Shown: piece after piece, positions 26,101 through 39,700 of the stretch
How the letters are laid out: every line of letters begins with the position of its first letter
How positions within the stretch are numbered: position 1 is the first letter of the stretch
Assembly (NCBI GenBank): GCA_043228905.1
Contig: JBHGNT010000014.1
Span: 14,384,001-14,448,000 of the forward strand
DNA length: 64,000 bases
Reading direction: 5' to 3'
DNA from: Azolla caroliniana
Taxonomy: Eukaryota > Plantae > Polypodiophyta
Made by a program: the position numbers and the translations under genes
The notes under the pieces: generated by a model
What the model was told of the DNA's origin: nothing
Database searches by the model: none
Seen by the model: only the letters and a program-made list of their open reading frames with translations

Positions 26101-26600
26101 TTCATACCAGAAGTCGTATTTGAAAATAAGTGAAGCCCTCGCCACCGTTTCTTAAAGTCCACTTGACGTTGCCTTTGAGCATCACTTGAACCCTGCATAT
26201 CATCATATTGTCCATGTATGGTATGGACAAATAACAACCAGAATTCAATAAGCATAATACTGAGATGTATGTGAGCATTGTTAAAAACAACCTCGCATCT
26301 CATTTTCCATATTGTCCAAAGAACTAATGACGTAATAGTACGCCAAATAACCAAAATTTCAGTTCTAAACCGTGGAATAAAAGATGGAAATGAAGTGAGA
26401 TAAATGTACCCATTGGAAAAGTGAAAAACATGAGAAGCATGCATACTTTCATACTTCATAACATCTCCATGAAGGATACCCCATAATACTGCACCCCACG
26501 AGAAGATAGAACGAGCATAATGGTGTCTCAGTAATAAAAACAACTTACTCAAGAATTGCTTGATTTTGGGACATAACCGAAACAAATGCAAAATAGATTC

Positions 26601-27091
26601 TGTTGTCCATAGGCCAAAAATAGAAATTAGTTAAATATAATACGCCGGAAGTAAGGCGAGTAGGTAAGGGAGAATTAGGTAAAAAAGCCGAGTTTCGAGC
26701 CTCACAGTCAGCCGACTGCTCATCGCCGTATGAAGGAAAAGAAGTATATAAACCGAGGTTTGCGTACCTCGGCAGGGGGGAGATATCCAGAGCCTAGGCA
26801 AGGTCGTTACATAGATATAGAAGCTTTGTAAGGCTACCCGATGTGGGCCGTTGTTTTTTGTAAACATCGCTAACGATTACAGTAATACATATCTATTTGC
26901 TCTTCTTGTTTTCATCTGTGTGTCGTCATTTCTAAGGTCTCAACTACGTATACGACCCGAGCTCTATTCCGGGTATGCTCTCCGTGTTCTTCCCTTAACG
27001 ACACCCTATGCACAAGTCTTCACGATTACACTTCCCTTGATACCGATAGCTCGTAGGCATATCGAAGGTGTTTCCGGTAGAACGGTTAACA
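26601..27091 (+). repeat. 5' LTR of Athila-like element 1
   Basis: Same length as 39845-40335, differing by scattered, mostly transition, substitutions. Confidence 0.93.
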
Positions 27092-27096
27092 CAATT

Positions 27097-27109
27097 TGGC
27101 ACGCCTGGT
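27097..27109 (+). other. Primer-binding site TGGCACGCCTGGT, likely tRNA-Arg
   Basis: Starts TGG 5 nt after the LTR. Matches my recollection of the plant tRNA-Arg(TCT) 3' end. Confidence 0.6.
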
Positions 27110-28250
27110 TATAGCTGTGAGATCACAGTGAACTACGTTGAAGACAACCTTCAGCCGCCATTACGGCACCCAATCGCATCAAGCGGTCTCGACCATCTGG
27201 CCGACGCCCTGAGCCAGTCGAAGGCACTTCCGACTCGGCGGTCACCGACCAGTCCTTCCCAGAAACATTGGAGGCTCACCGGTTGCAATCCTCGCCACCT
27301 GCTACTTGGTCGCGAGTCGAGTCCAAACCAACCTCCCCACAAAGTCCTCTAGAGGTCACCCACCCTGACCCTAACCCTTTCCCGGCTTTACCGGAAGACT
27401 CCGAATTAGATACCATGCCGTATCCCTACCCACGATACACCGACAGCCCCGACGCGGAGTCGCATGTCCGTGCCTTTGTGTCCACCTGGCAGGCCAACCA
27501 CTCAACCTAGCGCCTCTCGTCTGCCGAAATCGAGGCCTCAAAAATTGCCGAGTTTACGCTATCCCTTGATGGACCAGTTGCGCGATGGTATTCTGGCCTC
27601 GACATAGGGGAGTTTGACACCTTCCACGATGTTCGCACACAGTTCCTAGAACTGTTCCATCGCGAGGTGCCCAAACGAGAATTGCTCCGACAGTTCTTCT
27701 CCATGTGACAAGAACCGCACAAGACGGTCGCACAGTTCACGATCCGGTTCCGGGATCTCTACAGACAAGTGGCCACGATGTCTCTGCATAGCACATTCCG
27801 GACGCATTCTTGTCCAGCCTACGAGAGCCTCTACGAACGACTCTTGCACTTACTAATTTTGACAACAAAATGATCGAGCAAGTCATAGCGCGCGTCCTCG
27901 CCCTCGATCGGACTCAGCAAAGCACGACTTTCCCTATGAGTTCACTGCAAAGCGCCCTTCCCCAGGAGGACAATTGCTTCCGCCATGCCCTCCAATGCAC
28001 AGTTTGTTCGGGATCGGGCCATCTGGCCCTCGAATGTCCTCACCGACCACAATGTCCGATTTGCCAGTCTCAATCTCACACTGTCGAACACTGTGAATAC
28101 AATATGCTCAACTGCACAACGACGGCTCTGGTTCGCCAGATCGAGCCTCGGGATACATACTCTCGTCAGGAAGAGCGCCAATCCTATCAGAACCAGGATA
28201 ACCAACGACTAGGATCGCCGGATAGACGGCACCGTAACGACGATTACCGT

Positions 28251-31200
28251 TGTCGTAGTGTATTTTGTACACTACATGAAAAACTTATAAAGTACCGATT
28301 TAATAAATATGAATAAATAGTAGAAAATATTAAAATATATATAACATGCATAGGGCAAGATTCAAACCTTACACCTCCATGTTAATAATGTAACGTCTTA
28401 CCATTACACTAGCATTTCATTCATGTTAAAAAATAGATGTCACACATAAAAAAGGTAAGTTCACGTAAGATAAACTTTAGTTAAAAGAAAAACGCATGCT
28501 AAAAGAAAAAGCTACGCATGCACATCTAGCGTGCATGAACGCTATAGTTGATAAAAAACGCACAAGTTAGAAAAAGCACAATCACTTTAGATAAAGCATA
28601 TAGTCTATCTATAGGAAAAGCATGGAGTCTATAGTTAGAGAAAAAAAAGCATGGATTCCTAAGAATCCCTCATCACTACATAAGGATGGGGAGCACAATG
28701 TAATAGGTGTGTGAAATATTTGGGAAATTGGATATATTTCCTAAAACACCAATTAATAAACTATACTCATGGGATTCACGAGATTTCTATATCTTTCTCT
28801 ATCAATCTAAATACATATTCTTACATAAATATTAATCAATACATTATACTTGTGGGATTCACAAGTTTCTAATAATCTACTCATAATTATAATCGTCTCA
28901 AATTCTTCCTCCTCCTAGTCCAAAACACCGGTGGTTCCCACCCAACTCACGCAACGATCCGGAGCCGAAAGGCACGACACAAGTGGTGAACCCGACGTGA
29001 AGGCGGGTGGCAAGGAGATGGAAAATCAACAAGAGGCGATGAGCATGATGATGATGATGATTGAGCGGATGCAACAAGAGCAACGTGCGATGTTGGAGAT
29101 GAAGTCGGCAGTAGAGTGGCTTGTGCAACGAAACGAGCAATTCAACGGAAATGATGTGTCACACTATCTACATGACTACAAGACGGAGATGATGCGATGT
29201 GGGATACCAGAAAGATTGCAAGTGATATCTTTCAGTCGGGTAGCCACGGATGAGTTACAAGAAAGAATCTACAAGATACGGCAACAAAACCCAACATGGG
29301 GGTCCTTTGAAGGAGCTTTACGAGAGGCATATGATTACGATAGACCGAAGGGACGAGATCGACGAGAGTTCGATGAATGGGTGGCATCGGAGAAGACCCA
29401 CCGAAGTGCAACACAAGCATTCCTAGAGTTCGAGCATCGTATTGCTCGAATCTTGGAGCGGGAACAAAGATTGTTGGGGGAGGATAAAGTCCTAATGTTC
29501 GTGAAGTCGATCGATTGGAAAGAAAGGATGGACATCGGGATCGAATTCGAAGATGATGACGGTGCGAATGGTCTTACCGAAGATTGGGCCGAAGTCCAAA
29601 GGGTATGCTGGAGACATGATGAGAGGAAGATGAGAATCTTGTCAACGACGTGGCCGATGAAGGATGGTCGATTGAAGACAAACAATGGAGCCGATATGAA
29701 GGCCGAAATACAACATGATGGTGCGATGGAAGAGGGCGTAAAACAAGCTACCCTCTTGTCTTGCGAAAGAACGACGGCGAAGGATAAGGCCGATAACCCA
29801 AGTGTAGAAGAAGATTTCGGAATACAAGTGTCCGAAACATCGGGTGGAAAAGGGGTAAGCATAATTGATGTTTGCATAATTGATGCAGTGAAAGAGAGCA
29901 AGGAAGACTTGATTGAGGAGGTCGCCACGAAAGATGACATCGAATCGAAGGTGGCTATGGATGAATCAATCGCGGATGGCCATATCGAGACTTCCCCACC
30001 ACTGATTCCAGAGACTCCGGCGGTTGCGTTCGAAAGGCAACGTGAGACCGAAGAGACGGAAGGTGGTGGAGAGAAAACAAAGGTCGAAGCCGATTCATAT
30101 GACGGAGAGATAACCGAAAAGGTGGATATGCGTGAAATGACGGAGAACGATAATACCGAAGATTCCTGCCCACTAATCCTAGAGACTTTGGCGGTTGTGT
30201 CCGAGAAGCAAAGTGAGACCGGAGAGACGGGAGGTGGCGACAAGAAAGGTAAAGTCGGAAGCCAGTTCGGATGGAAGATGATCCGGAACGAATTCCGATC
30301 CGAAAGAAAGCTGACCTGAAAAGGGGTCGACTCCATCAAAACCGATCGATTGAGTTCGATTCGGCCGAACGCGAATACGGATGGAAGCCGACCTAGCCGA
30401 AAGTTGATCGGACGAGACTAATCCGGAAAGAAGCTAATCCGACTTAGTCGGAGGTTGAACCGGTCGAGGCTGGTGAAAACGAGGAAAAGAAAGCCAACCG
30501 AAACCGAAACCGATAGATCGAAACCGACCCGGAAGGGGGCCGAATCGGTAAAAACCGATCAACCGAGTCCGATTCGGCCGAAAACAAATCCGATCGGAAG
30601 CCGATCCAACCGAAAGCCGATCGGACGAGACCAATCCGGAAAAAAGTCAAGGTTGATGAAGAGGCCAGGAAAAGACACTACCACGGATGACAAGGGCCAA
30701 GCAGATTTGAAGGGTATTATTAACGATGAGATCTCAACAAAGAAGAAAAGCTCTAACGGGAAGAACGTAAACACTAATGCGAGATTGTATGATGAGAGAG
30801 AACAAAGAATATGGTGGATCGGATGGCGACAATGGTTCGGGTGGAAAGAATGGATGTGCTCAAAATGGAGAGACAAAGCTGACATAGAGAGAGAAACGGA
30901 GGGTACAACAAGTAATGAAGAATTACGAGGGTCGGTAATTGGAGACCGGATAGAGCCTGCAACCGAACAGAACTAGAAACCGGGCGGAGTTGACAACCAG
31001 AAACCGGAGACCTAACGGGGCCGGCAACCAAAAATGACCGGCGACGAAACGAACCATGCGGAGAATGGACGGACGAGACTAACAATCACCGACAACTTCG
31101 GCACATACCGGAGGATGTGCGGGTTCGGAGGGGGCGAGTGTCGTAGTGTATTTTGTACACTACGTGAAAAACTTATAAAGTACCGATTTAATAAATATGA

Positions 31201-31867
31201 ATAAATAATAGAAAATATTAAAATATATATAACATGCATAGGGCAAGATTCAAACCTTGCACCTCCATGTTAATAATGTAACGTCTTACCATTACACTAG
31301 CATTTCATTCATGTTAAAAAATAGATGTCACACATAAAAAAGGTAAGTTCACGTAAGATCAACTTTAGTTAAAAGAAAAACGCATGCTAAAAGAAAAAGC
31401 GACGCATGCACATCTAGCATGCATGAACGCTATAGTTGATAAAAAACGCACAAGTTAGAAAAAGCACAATCACTTTAGATAAAGCATATAGTCTATCTAT
31501 AGGAAAAGCATGGAGTCTATAGTTAGAGAAAAAAAAGCATGGATTCCTAAGAATCCCTCATCACTACATAAGGATGGGGAGCACAATGTAATAGGTGTGT
31601 GAAATATTTGGGAAATTGGATATATTTCCTAAAACACCAATTAATAAACTATACTCGTGGGATTCACGAGATTTCTATATCTTTCTCTATCAATCTAAAT
31701 ACATATTCTTACATAAATATTAATCAATACATTATACTTGTGGGATTCACAAGTTTCTAATAATCTACTCATAATTATAATCGTCTCAAATTCTTCCTCC
31801 TCCTAGTCCAAAACCCCGGTGGTTCCCACCCGACTCACACAACGATCCGGAGCTGAAGGGCACAACA
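28251..31867 (+). mobile_element. Non-autonomous gag-only (TR-GAG-like) member of the Trp-gypsy family; 729-bp LTRs (28251-28979, 31139-31867); TSD CCGT
   Basis: Same LTR termini, PBS-Trp and PPT region as 3735-10800. No pol. Confidence 0.9.
29018..30319 (+). CDS. Gag capsid-like domain fused to an acidic low-complexity tail
   Basis: MENQQEAMSMMMMM...FNGNDVSHYL aligns with the gag starting at 10056 for about 200 aa. It then continues as an unrelated E/D/T-rich sequence with no zinc knuckle. Confidence 0.75.
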   Translation: MENQQEAMSMMMMMIERMQQEQRAMLEMKSAVEWLVQRNEQFNGNDVSHYLHDYKTEMMRCGIPERLQVISFSRVATDELQERIYKIRQQNPTWGSFEGALREAYDYDRPKGRDRREFDEWVASEKTHRSATQAFLEFEHRIARILEREQRLLGEDKVLMFVKSIDWKERMDIGIEFEDDDGANGLTEDWAEVQRVCWRHDERKMRILSTTWPMKDGRLKTNNGADMKAEIQHDGAMEEGVKQATLLSCERTTAKDKADNPSVEEDFGIQVSETSGGKGVSIIDVCIIDAVKESKEDLIEEVATKDDIESKVAMDESIADGHIETSPPLIPETPAVAFERQRETEETEGGGEKTKVEADSYDGEITEKVDMREMTENDNTEDSCPLILETLAVVSEKQSETGETGGGDKKGKVGSQFGWKMIRNEFRSERKLT

Positions 31868-34800
31868 CCGTCAGGACGACGACCGTTACCGAAGCGAAAA
31901 CCGACGGAGATTGGATGACCGCCATGTTCGCTATCACGATGACTAGTACCAGGCAAACAACGATTATGATTGCAATGAAGAGGATCGGGATGACCGTTAC
32001 GATCAGAGAAATTTCCGTAATGATCGGCGCAACTCTCACCGAGAATCACACAATAACCGAAGGAATAACGACAACCGTCATCGGGACCCACCGCACAATG
32101 AACTGTGCAACTCGAACACGCCCTGAACCAGCCCACAAACACATGAGGTCGGGAATCAACCGCACCCCACAGATCGGGCTGGCACCAACAACTCGGCCGA
32201 CGTTAGTTGCTTCAAGTGCAACCAACCCGGTCATTACGCTACGCAATGCCCAACAACTAACCGCGGAAAGGCTCCTACCGTGAATAGTATTATGGCTGAC
32301 GTACAAAACGTCACAACACGCAGCAAAGCCCAGGCTACCCCATGGCATGTTCAGGACGAAGTCCAGCAAGCAGCCAAAGAATGGATGGATACGGCCAACA
32401 AAAACAATGTGGTGCGGATGCACACGGAAATGGGAGACGCGACCATCGGAGCAACACAGTCCTCAGCTCCAGCCACGACGGTAGAAAATGACCAACTGTG
32501 GGACGCCCTTACCAGTTCCAAGATCTGCTAACCTCTGCATAAACTCTTACCACTCATGCCTTGTTTTCAGGACACCTTGGCTTCACTCACGGCCAACAAC
32601 CAGTCTACCGCACCACCTGTGCACCTGGCCGAACCAGGAACGGGTCCACCTCTCATGGATACGTAGAATCCAACCATAAAAATTATGATTAAAGGGAAGG
32701 ACCTGCACGGGTGCATAATCGATGGCAGCTCTGGCGTGAATGTCATCAGCGAGGCTACCTGTCGTAAACTCGGCCTGAATCAATGGGAACCTTGCCCCTT
32801 TTGGCTTCGGATGGCCGACACACGATCAGTTCGCCCCATCGGATTAATCCGCCACCTCGACTTTACTCTAGGAGGTAACATGTTCACTATCTTGGCCGTT
32901 GTCTTACGACTCGAAGCACAGGGGGCTTACCCAATGTTATTGGGCAGACCATGGTTGCGCACAGCCAATATCAAACAAAATTGGCAGCGCAACATGGTCT
33001 CGTTTCGCCGAGGAAAGACCAAGGTCCGGATCATAACGGAAGAACGCATAACCACGCCCCACAACACCTCGCCGTTATAAGCGGAAGGGGTGCACATGCT
33101 AGACGGATTAGCCGATGACGAGGTGGACAATTTCCTAGAAGACCATCCCACTATCATACCTATCTTCGAAATCGACGCCATGTCGGCCGTCGGCACACCT
33201 CTAGACGAGGATGAGCCCGATCCCACCACCGTTGCCGAATTACGACATGCTTGGGACGCTTTTGAACGTGAACTCGCCATCTCCCAACGCGTGAAGGCAT
33301 CGACGCTCAAAACGCTGAACCTCGGTTCGGACGAGACCCCTCAGACCCTACAGATTGCTAATAACTTACCAGTCGGCGAACGAGCAACCCTCATCCACTT
33401 ACTCACCGATTACCAGGATGTATTCGCATGGTCTTACACGGATATGAAGGGTTTGGACCCACAATACTACCAACACCAGATCCACCTTCTCCCGGACGCT
33501 CGACCGGTTCAGCAAAGACGATACCGGATGAACCCCAATTATGCGGCTAAGGTCAAGGAAGAAATAGACAAGCTCCTCCGAGTCGGGTTCATACGACCGG
33601 TAAAACGTGCCACATGGTTAAGCCCAATCGTAGTTGTCCCCAAGAAAAACGGGAAAATCCGAGTCTGTGTGGACTACCGCAAGCTTAATGCTGCAACGGT
33701 CACGGATGGATTCCCTCTCCCATTCACGGATAGTGTTCTCGACACGGTGGCAGGTCACGAATCCTACAACTTTCTAGATGGGTTTTGTGGGTACAACCAA
33801 ATCAGAATGCACCTGGATGATCAAGAGAAAACAACATTTGTCATGGAATGGGGTGTTTTCGTGGGAGAAGTCATGATGTTAGGTTGAAAAACAACGCCGG
33901 CCACGTTCCAGCGCATCATCACCGAAATTTTTAACGAGTATATCCCGACGTTCATGCAAGTCTTTCTCGACGACTTCGCCGTATATGGACAACGACTGGA
34001 ACACATGACCCAGTTACGCCTCTGTCTTGATCGATGTCGCCAAGCTCGGTTAAGTTTAAACCCGGCAAAGTGTGCATTCTTGGTCACAAGCAACAACCTA
34101 CTCGGACACATCGTCAGTCAAGACGGTATCGCCATGGACCCGGATAAAGTACAAGCCATCCTAAAAGCCCCGGCACCCTCGAACGCAAAAGGCCTCATCC
34201 AATTTTTGGGACAAATCAGATGGCACAATCGGATGTTACGCCACCTAGCCGATTTCGCGACAACACTACACGCGGCGGTGCATCGAGTCCCCTTTCAATG
34301 GACTTCAATCGAGGATGAGGCTTACCAAGGATTGAAATTAATGCTCTCACATGCCCCGGTTGTACAGCCACCGAGATGGTCGGAACCTTTTCACGTCTTC
34401 GTGGACACATCAGATATTGCCATCGGGAGCGCATTTATGCAATGCACGCCCCCAAATTGGTATCGGCCAGTGTATTATGCTAGCCGACATCTCTCGGCTG
34501 CGGAAAAGAACTATTCAACCACCGAACGGGAGGCCCTCAGTATGATCTACAACATCAGTAAATTTCGGCATTACCTCTTAGGCCGAAAATTCACCTTTCA
34601 CGTCGATCACTCGGCCCTACTCTACCTGGTTAATAAACAAGCCCTGACAGGTCAACTGGCTCAATGGATGCTCCTATTACAAGAGTTTGATTTTCATATA
34701 CATCATCGACCCAGAGTTCAACACGCCGTCGCAGATTACCTAAGCCGCCTCGAGTCCGGAGACCCTGCCGAGCCCACATATGACGATCTACCTGATGCCG

Positions 34801-36693
34801 GCTTATTTCATCTCGCAACGCTAACTGACGACAAAGAAGATGAATGGATCACGGAGATGACCCATTTTCTTAGTACTGGCTTGCCTCCCGACCACATGGA
34901 CCTCGATGTACGGAAACGACTCGCAGTACGTAGCCGCAACTTTTGTCTAGTTTCCGACATCTTCTATCACAAAGGCTCGGACAGAATATGGCGTCGGGCC
35001 ATTCGAAAATTCGAGAAGAAGGCCATCCTCCAAGAGGCCCACCTCGGTATCGCCGGCGGACACTACGCCGGAGAGTCCACGACAAGTATGGTAGAGTGGG
35101 TTATGGTGGCCTACAACGAAAAAGGATGCCCACGTGTTCTGCCGACAGTGCGACTCATGCCAACGGTTGGGATAGCCGATGGAACAAGCTCGAATACCAC
35201 ACCAACCCATTCTTCCATTGGAACCATTTCAAAAATGGGGGTTAGATTTTGTGGGACCCTTCAAACCGGCCGTGGCCCAAACCGGTAATAAGTATATCAT
35301 CGTCGCCACGGACTACTGCACAAAATGGGTCGAGGCAAAGGCTTTATGAGACAACACGGCAACATCCACGGCCAAATTCGTGTACGAACATCTTTGGTGC
35401 CGTTATGGCTGTCCAATTGAGCTCGTTAGTGACCACGGTGGGCACTTTATAAACCATATAATACACGAGCTTACGACTCACTACGCAGTGGTACATGAGA
35501 AAAGCACACCATACTACTCGTAGGCAAACGGATTGGCAGAATCGACTAACAAAATTCTCCAAACAATCTTGAAGAAGATTGTCAACGAGAACCGCACCAA
35601 TTGGGATGACAAGCTCCAGAGTGCACTATGGGCTTACCGCACGACATTCAAAACGAGCATTCAATCCACCCCCTTTCGGATGGCTTTTGGTCTAGAAGCC
35701 GTTATGCCGACCGAGTTCCAAGTCCCGAGTCTTCGAGTGCAAGTTAAAGCACGCCTACCCGAGGCCCAATCCGAACAGTTGAGGTTGGAACAACTCGAAC
35801 TTGGCGAGGACCGAGTAGCAAGCATGGCCCAACTTGAACAACACTAGCGCCAACGGAAAGCCTTTGTGGACCGACATCGGAAGGGATTGGAACAAGAACT
35901 GACCATAGGCAAACCGGTCCTCGTTTTCCAGACACGACTCGGTGCTATGCCAGGAAAGTTACGATTTCGATGGACCGGCCCCTTCTGGATTATTGACGAG
36001 TTTAACGGCACGTTCCAGCTCGACACCCTCGCCGGCGAAATAGTCAAAAGCTGGGTGAATGGATTTCGACTATGACCGTACCAGGGAAATACCCCAGCCA
36101 ACCCTTTCGCCGAGTCTCATGGCATGGACACGGCCACGAAGGAGGCCACGCGTCCCCCTCGGTAAGGACCCACCAACATTCCAAACTAGACATTAGGTAG
36201 GATTAGGCATAGTTTTAGCAATTAGTTAGTTCCACCTACACCACCTACCACCTCACCCAAATCACGTTAGGTTAGAGGCACCCATTAGTCACTTTCACCT
36301 TCACTTAAGTATTTAAAGGCACATGCACAACACCCAAGGCACAACACTAACTCCTAGGACACGTGGCCATAATATCCTATTATGGCATCCATGCCCAAGA
36401 ATCTCCAGGCTCCTCTTCATGCACAAAACCCTAGGCGTTCGCTAAGAAACAGTTACCCCAAGCCCACTCCACACACATACGTTTTCTTGCACATCCAACA
36501 TTCATCGCTTCCACGCTCTCAAACTTCCTCTCGCTCTCAACGCGTTCATCGCTCCCACCGCTCTTGCTCACAAGCCCTCTCTTGCCCTCGTAGCCCCACT
36601 ACCGCACCACAACCATCTCCTTCCCTCACTCTGTCTCGGCCTAGTCGAATCCTCCTTCCCCAATCTTCCACGCAGCAGAACCCCGAGTCTAGT

Positions 36694-39600
36694 ATGCCTC
36701 TTGCAGCTTTACAGGAAACCCGCTCCTGGCTTTAGGAATGAGGCTTAGGTGGTTATTTAAAGGTGTTCGATGCCCCAGCGCACCCTGATGCCCAAGCGGT
36801 CGCATGACGTATCCACCCGGACACAGTCACCAACAATATGATTCGTGCTGCCTTGGACCTGAAACGAGGAGGGGACCATGAGGTTGAGATTCCCCCTTCC
36901 ACGACCCTGAAGGAATACTTTGGTGCGTATTCCATATCTGGTAAAGCCTACCGCACCTACGATGGATCCAACAAGGCATTCAGGGAACTCGCTCGCATCC
37001 TGATGGATTATGCGTTCGTGCATACCAACCCTACCAGTATGCCACAGAGCAAAGCGGCGATCATCATCAGTGCTTATGAGGGAAATAAAATCGACTGGGG
37101 AATCATCACAGGCGAAGGAATCTGGGCGGCGCTCGAATCCTTCCAAACCGGTAAGCGTCTGTTGCCTGTGATCAACCACTTCCTTACAGTCCTCTACCCA
37201 CCTCCTTCGCTTTCCCCTCGTCGCACCCTGATCTCTCCGCCACCACCACGGAAACAACTTGGGCAGATTTTGGAGATAACTCAGGAAGAATGGGAAGAAT
37301 CCTCATCTTCTCCACCTCTCGCAGGCGTTCGACACCCCGCTTCCGCCTCGGCTCCACCCCCACCAAAAACACAAAGACAACGGGCGGTGACAACAACCAG
37401 TGTTGAATGGGATGAGGCCGAGGAGGCCATCCTCGAGGATGTCACCATACGCCAAAGGCCACCAAGGACAACAATGGCCTCTCCTAAACTGAGCCCACGG
37501 CCCACTAGCCAGCAGCCCTCGGCCATCCAGCAACAGAAGAGGAAACAGGCCGAGGAGCCAACACCACCGGCCTTAGACGCACAGGACCAGGCGCCAAAAA
37601 GACGTTGTATCATTCGAGAGGCAACCACAGATATCGAAGGCAACCAGCGGCAGAAATCAAAAGAGGCTAGCCCCCCGTCCACAAACATAGTACCAACAGA
37701 GTCATGGCTCCAAGTCGGAACGATTGAGCATGGCCAAACCACGCAGATATCAGAGGAGGAAGTCCTCGGGTACAAAGATCTCCCTGCGGAGGCATACAAG
37801 TTCAGTGCCCTACTTCGACTGGGGACAACTTACGAGTTAATGGATTTCCTCGCGCGTGCCCAAGTAGCTGCCGCCGCTCGTATGGCCGAGGAGCACGCCG
37901 AAACAAAGATGATCCAACGCGCGCTAATGGGTGAAATCGAACCTCAATGAGGATCAAGCCTTACAAAAGATAGGGCGGAAGAAGGAAGTACATAATGCTT
38001 CGCTTCTCATGGAACTACCGGATCTGAACATGGCCTTAGTCGAGGCATATCACAATCTACACCACACTACTCGGGCAGCGAAGGACATGGCCCGACGTAT
38101 CAAAATGGCGCATCAGCAAGCCAAACGGGCTACCGACCTATGGCAAGTAGCCAACGAGAAACCGGTGACACTCACGTAGCAATAGCCGCCCTTAATCCTC
38201 CCTACGCCGAGTGAAGCTGTCTCACCAGCCACTCTTCCGAACCCGAGCCCGAGTGCTGAAGGTACCGTAGCACACAAAGACGACACCGCCCACCCCATGG
38301 TAGCCATGGCCGAACCCAGCACAATGACAGACTTGGTACAGGCAAGTGAGCCATCGTCACGGGCAGATAACAGCCCGCACCCCCAAACCAGCCACGCCTC
38401 GACACAAACGCCACCACCTCCGGAAGTCATGGAACGAGCGACACAGATTGACAGGGACTCCTCGGCACAACTTCAGCAAGCGGCAACCCAGATAGGGCCT
38501 CCCCTTAGGGACTACCAGGAGGAGCTTCAGGCCCAGATCACGTTGGCTGAAATGGCCGAACAGAATCACAACAACATTCTTGGCTAGCAACGAGAACAAA
38601 CCGCGAGCCGCGAAGCAGACCTCAAGCGCTTGCTTGCTGAAAGGTCGGCTGCGCTTGAAGCACGAGAACGAGAGGTGATGACCCTCCAAGTCTCGATCAC
38701 TGAGGCTAAGGAACGGTCCATCAAAGAAACTAAGCGGAATAGCCAACGAGAACAAGAGCTCTTCGCCGACAACTAGGAATTATGCCGTCATCAACGAGCC
38801 TTCCAGGACATGGCCAACGAATATATGCAGAAGTGGAGGATCTTGAAGGAGCAACGAGTGAAAATTTCCGATGCATATCACCAGCTACAATCCGAGCACA
38901 TCGCCGTCAAAGAACAACACCGTGACGCTTGGCAAATGGGAAGGGACGAAACTGTAGCTCAACTCACCAACCGTTATGAGCAGACCATCGCACTCATCAT
39001 GGAAAAAGCAAAAGATAATCAAGCTACGCTAGCACTCTTCGCCCACAAGAGCCAAGAAGAAGCCAAGGCCGCAAGGGAGGCACTGGAAGTTCACCGCACG
39101 AGCATCGGCATGGACGATACCAAAATCAAGACCCTAATCCACAAGTATCGCCAACAATTCACCACAAAGATCAAAGAAACGCTTGACCATGTTTGGCAGG
39201 AGTGGTCAGCCCAAGCCGCGGACCTACACATACTACGCGTGGATGCCGAGAACCGACAAAAGGAGGGCCGAGGGTTTTACAAGATGAATGACACCAGCAT
39301 CCAGACCCTCCGTGAGGACTTAACGAAAGAATATCATAGCTTGGCAACATCCCACACTACGGCCATCGAGCAACTCTTGGAGGAATTCAACGACGATCTA
39401 ATGGTGTTTCGTTTAGAGGCCGAAGCGTATGAGGAAGAACGACTCGCTACCGGGAGTCACAGAGCTCCCACAAACACCGAGCAAGGAACCGCGTCACTCC
39501 CCACGGCAGCTAGACCGGAGGAGTTTGCTCCTACCGATGTCCATATCCCACCGGAGCCACAAACTATAACCTCGACCCTGCGTGCATTGGTCCCAATAGA

Positions 39601-39700
39601 AGAGGGCACACACGCCGACACCACCATCCCCAACTCGGCAACACCACCCCCATCACCAACCCCACGGGCCGAGCAGCCAGCCCAACCCCACACCCCCTAG
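36694..39700 (+). pseudogene. Extra 3' ORF (env-position), about 1000 codons, with stops and frameshifts
   Basis: Colinear homology with 46989-44180. The N-terminal domain contains KAAIIISAYEGNKIDWG, followed by coiled-coil-like sequence. Confidence 0.75.

Larger units (their letters stand above)
27415..36165 (+). pseudogene. Athila-like gag-pol, decayed; gag interrupted at 28251-31867
   Basis: CCHC knuckles, [65 protein letters not shown] and RWTGPFWI. Confidence 0.88.
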
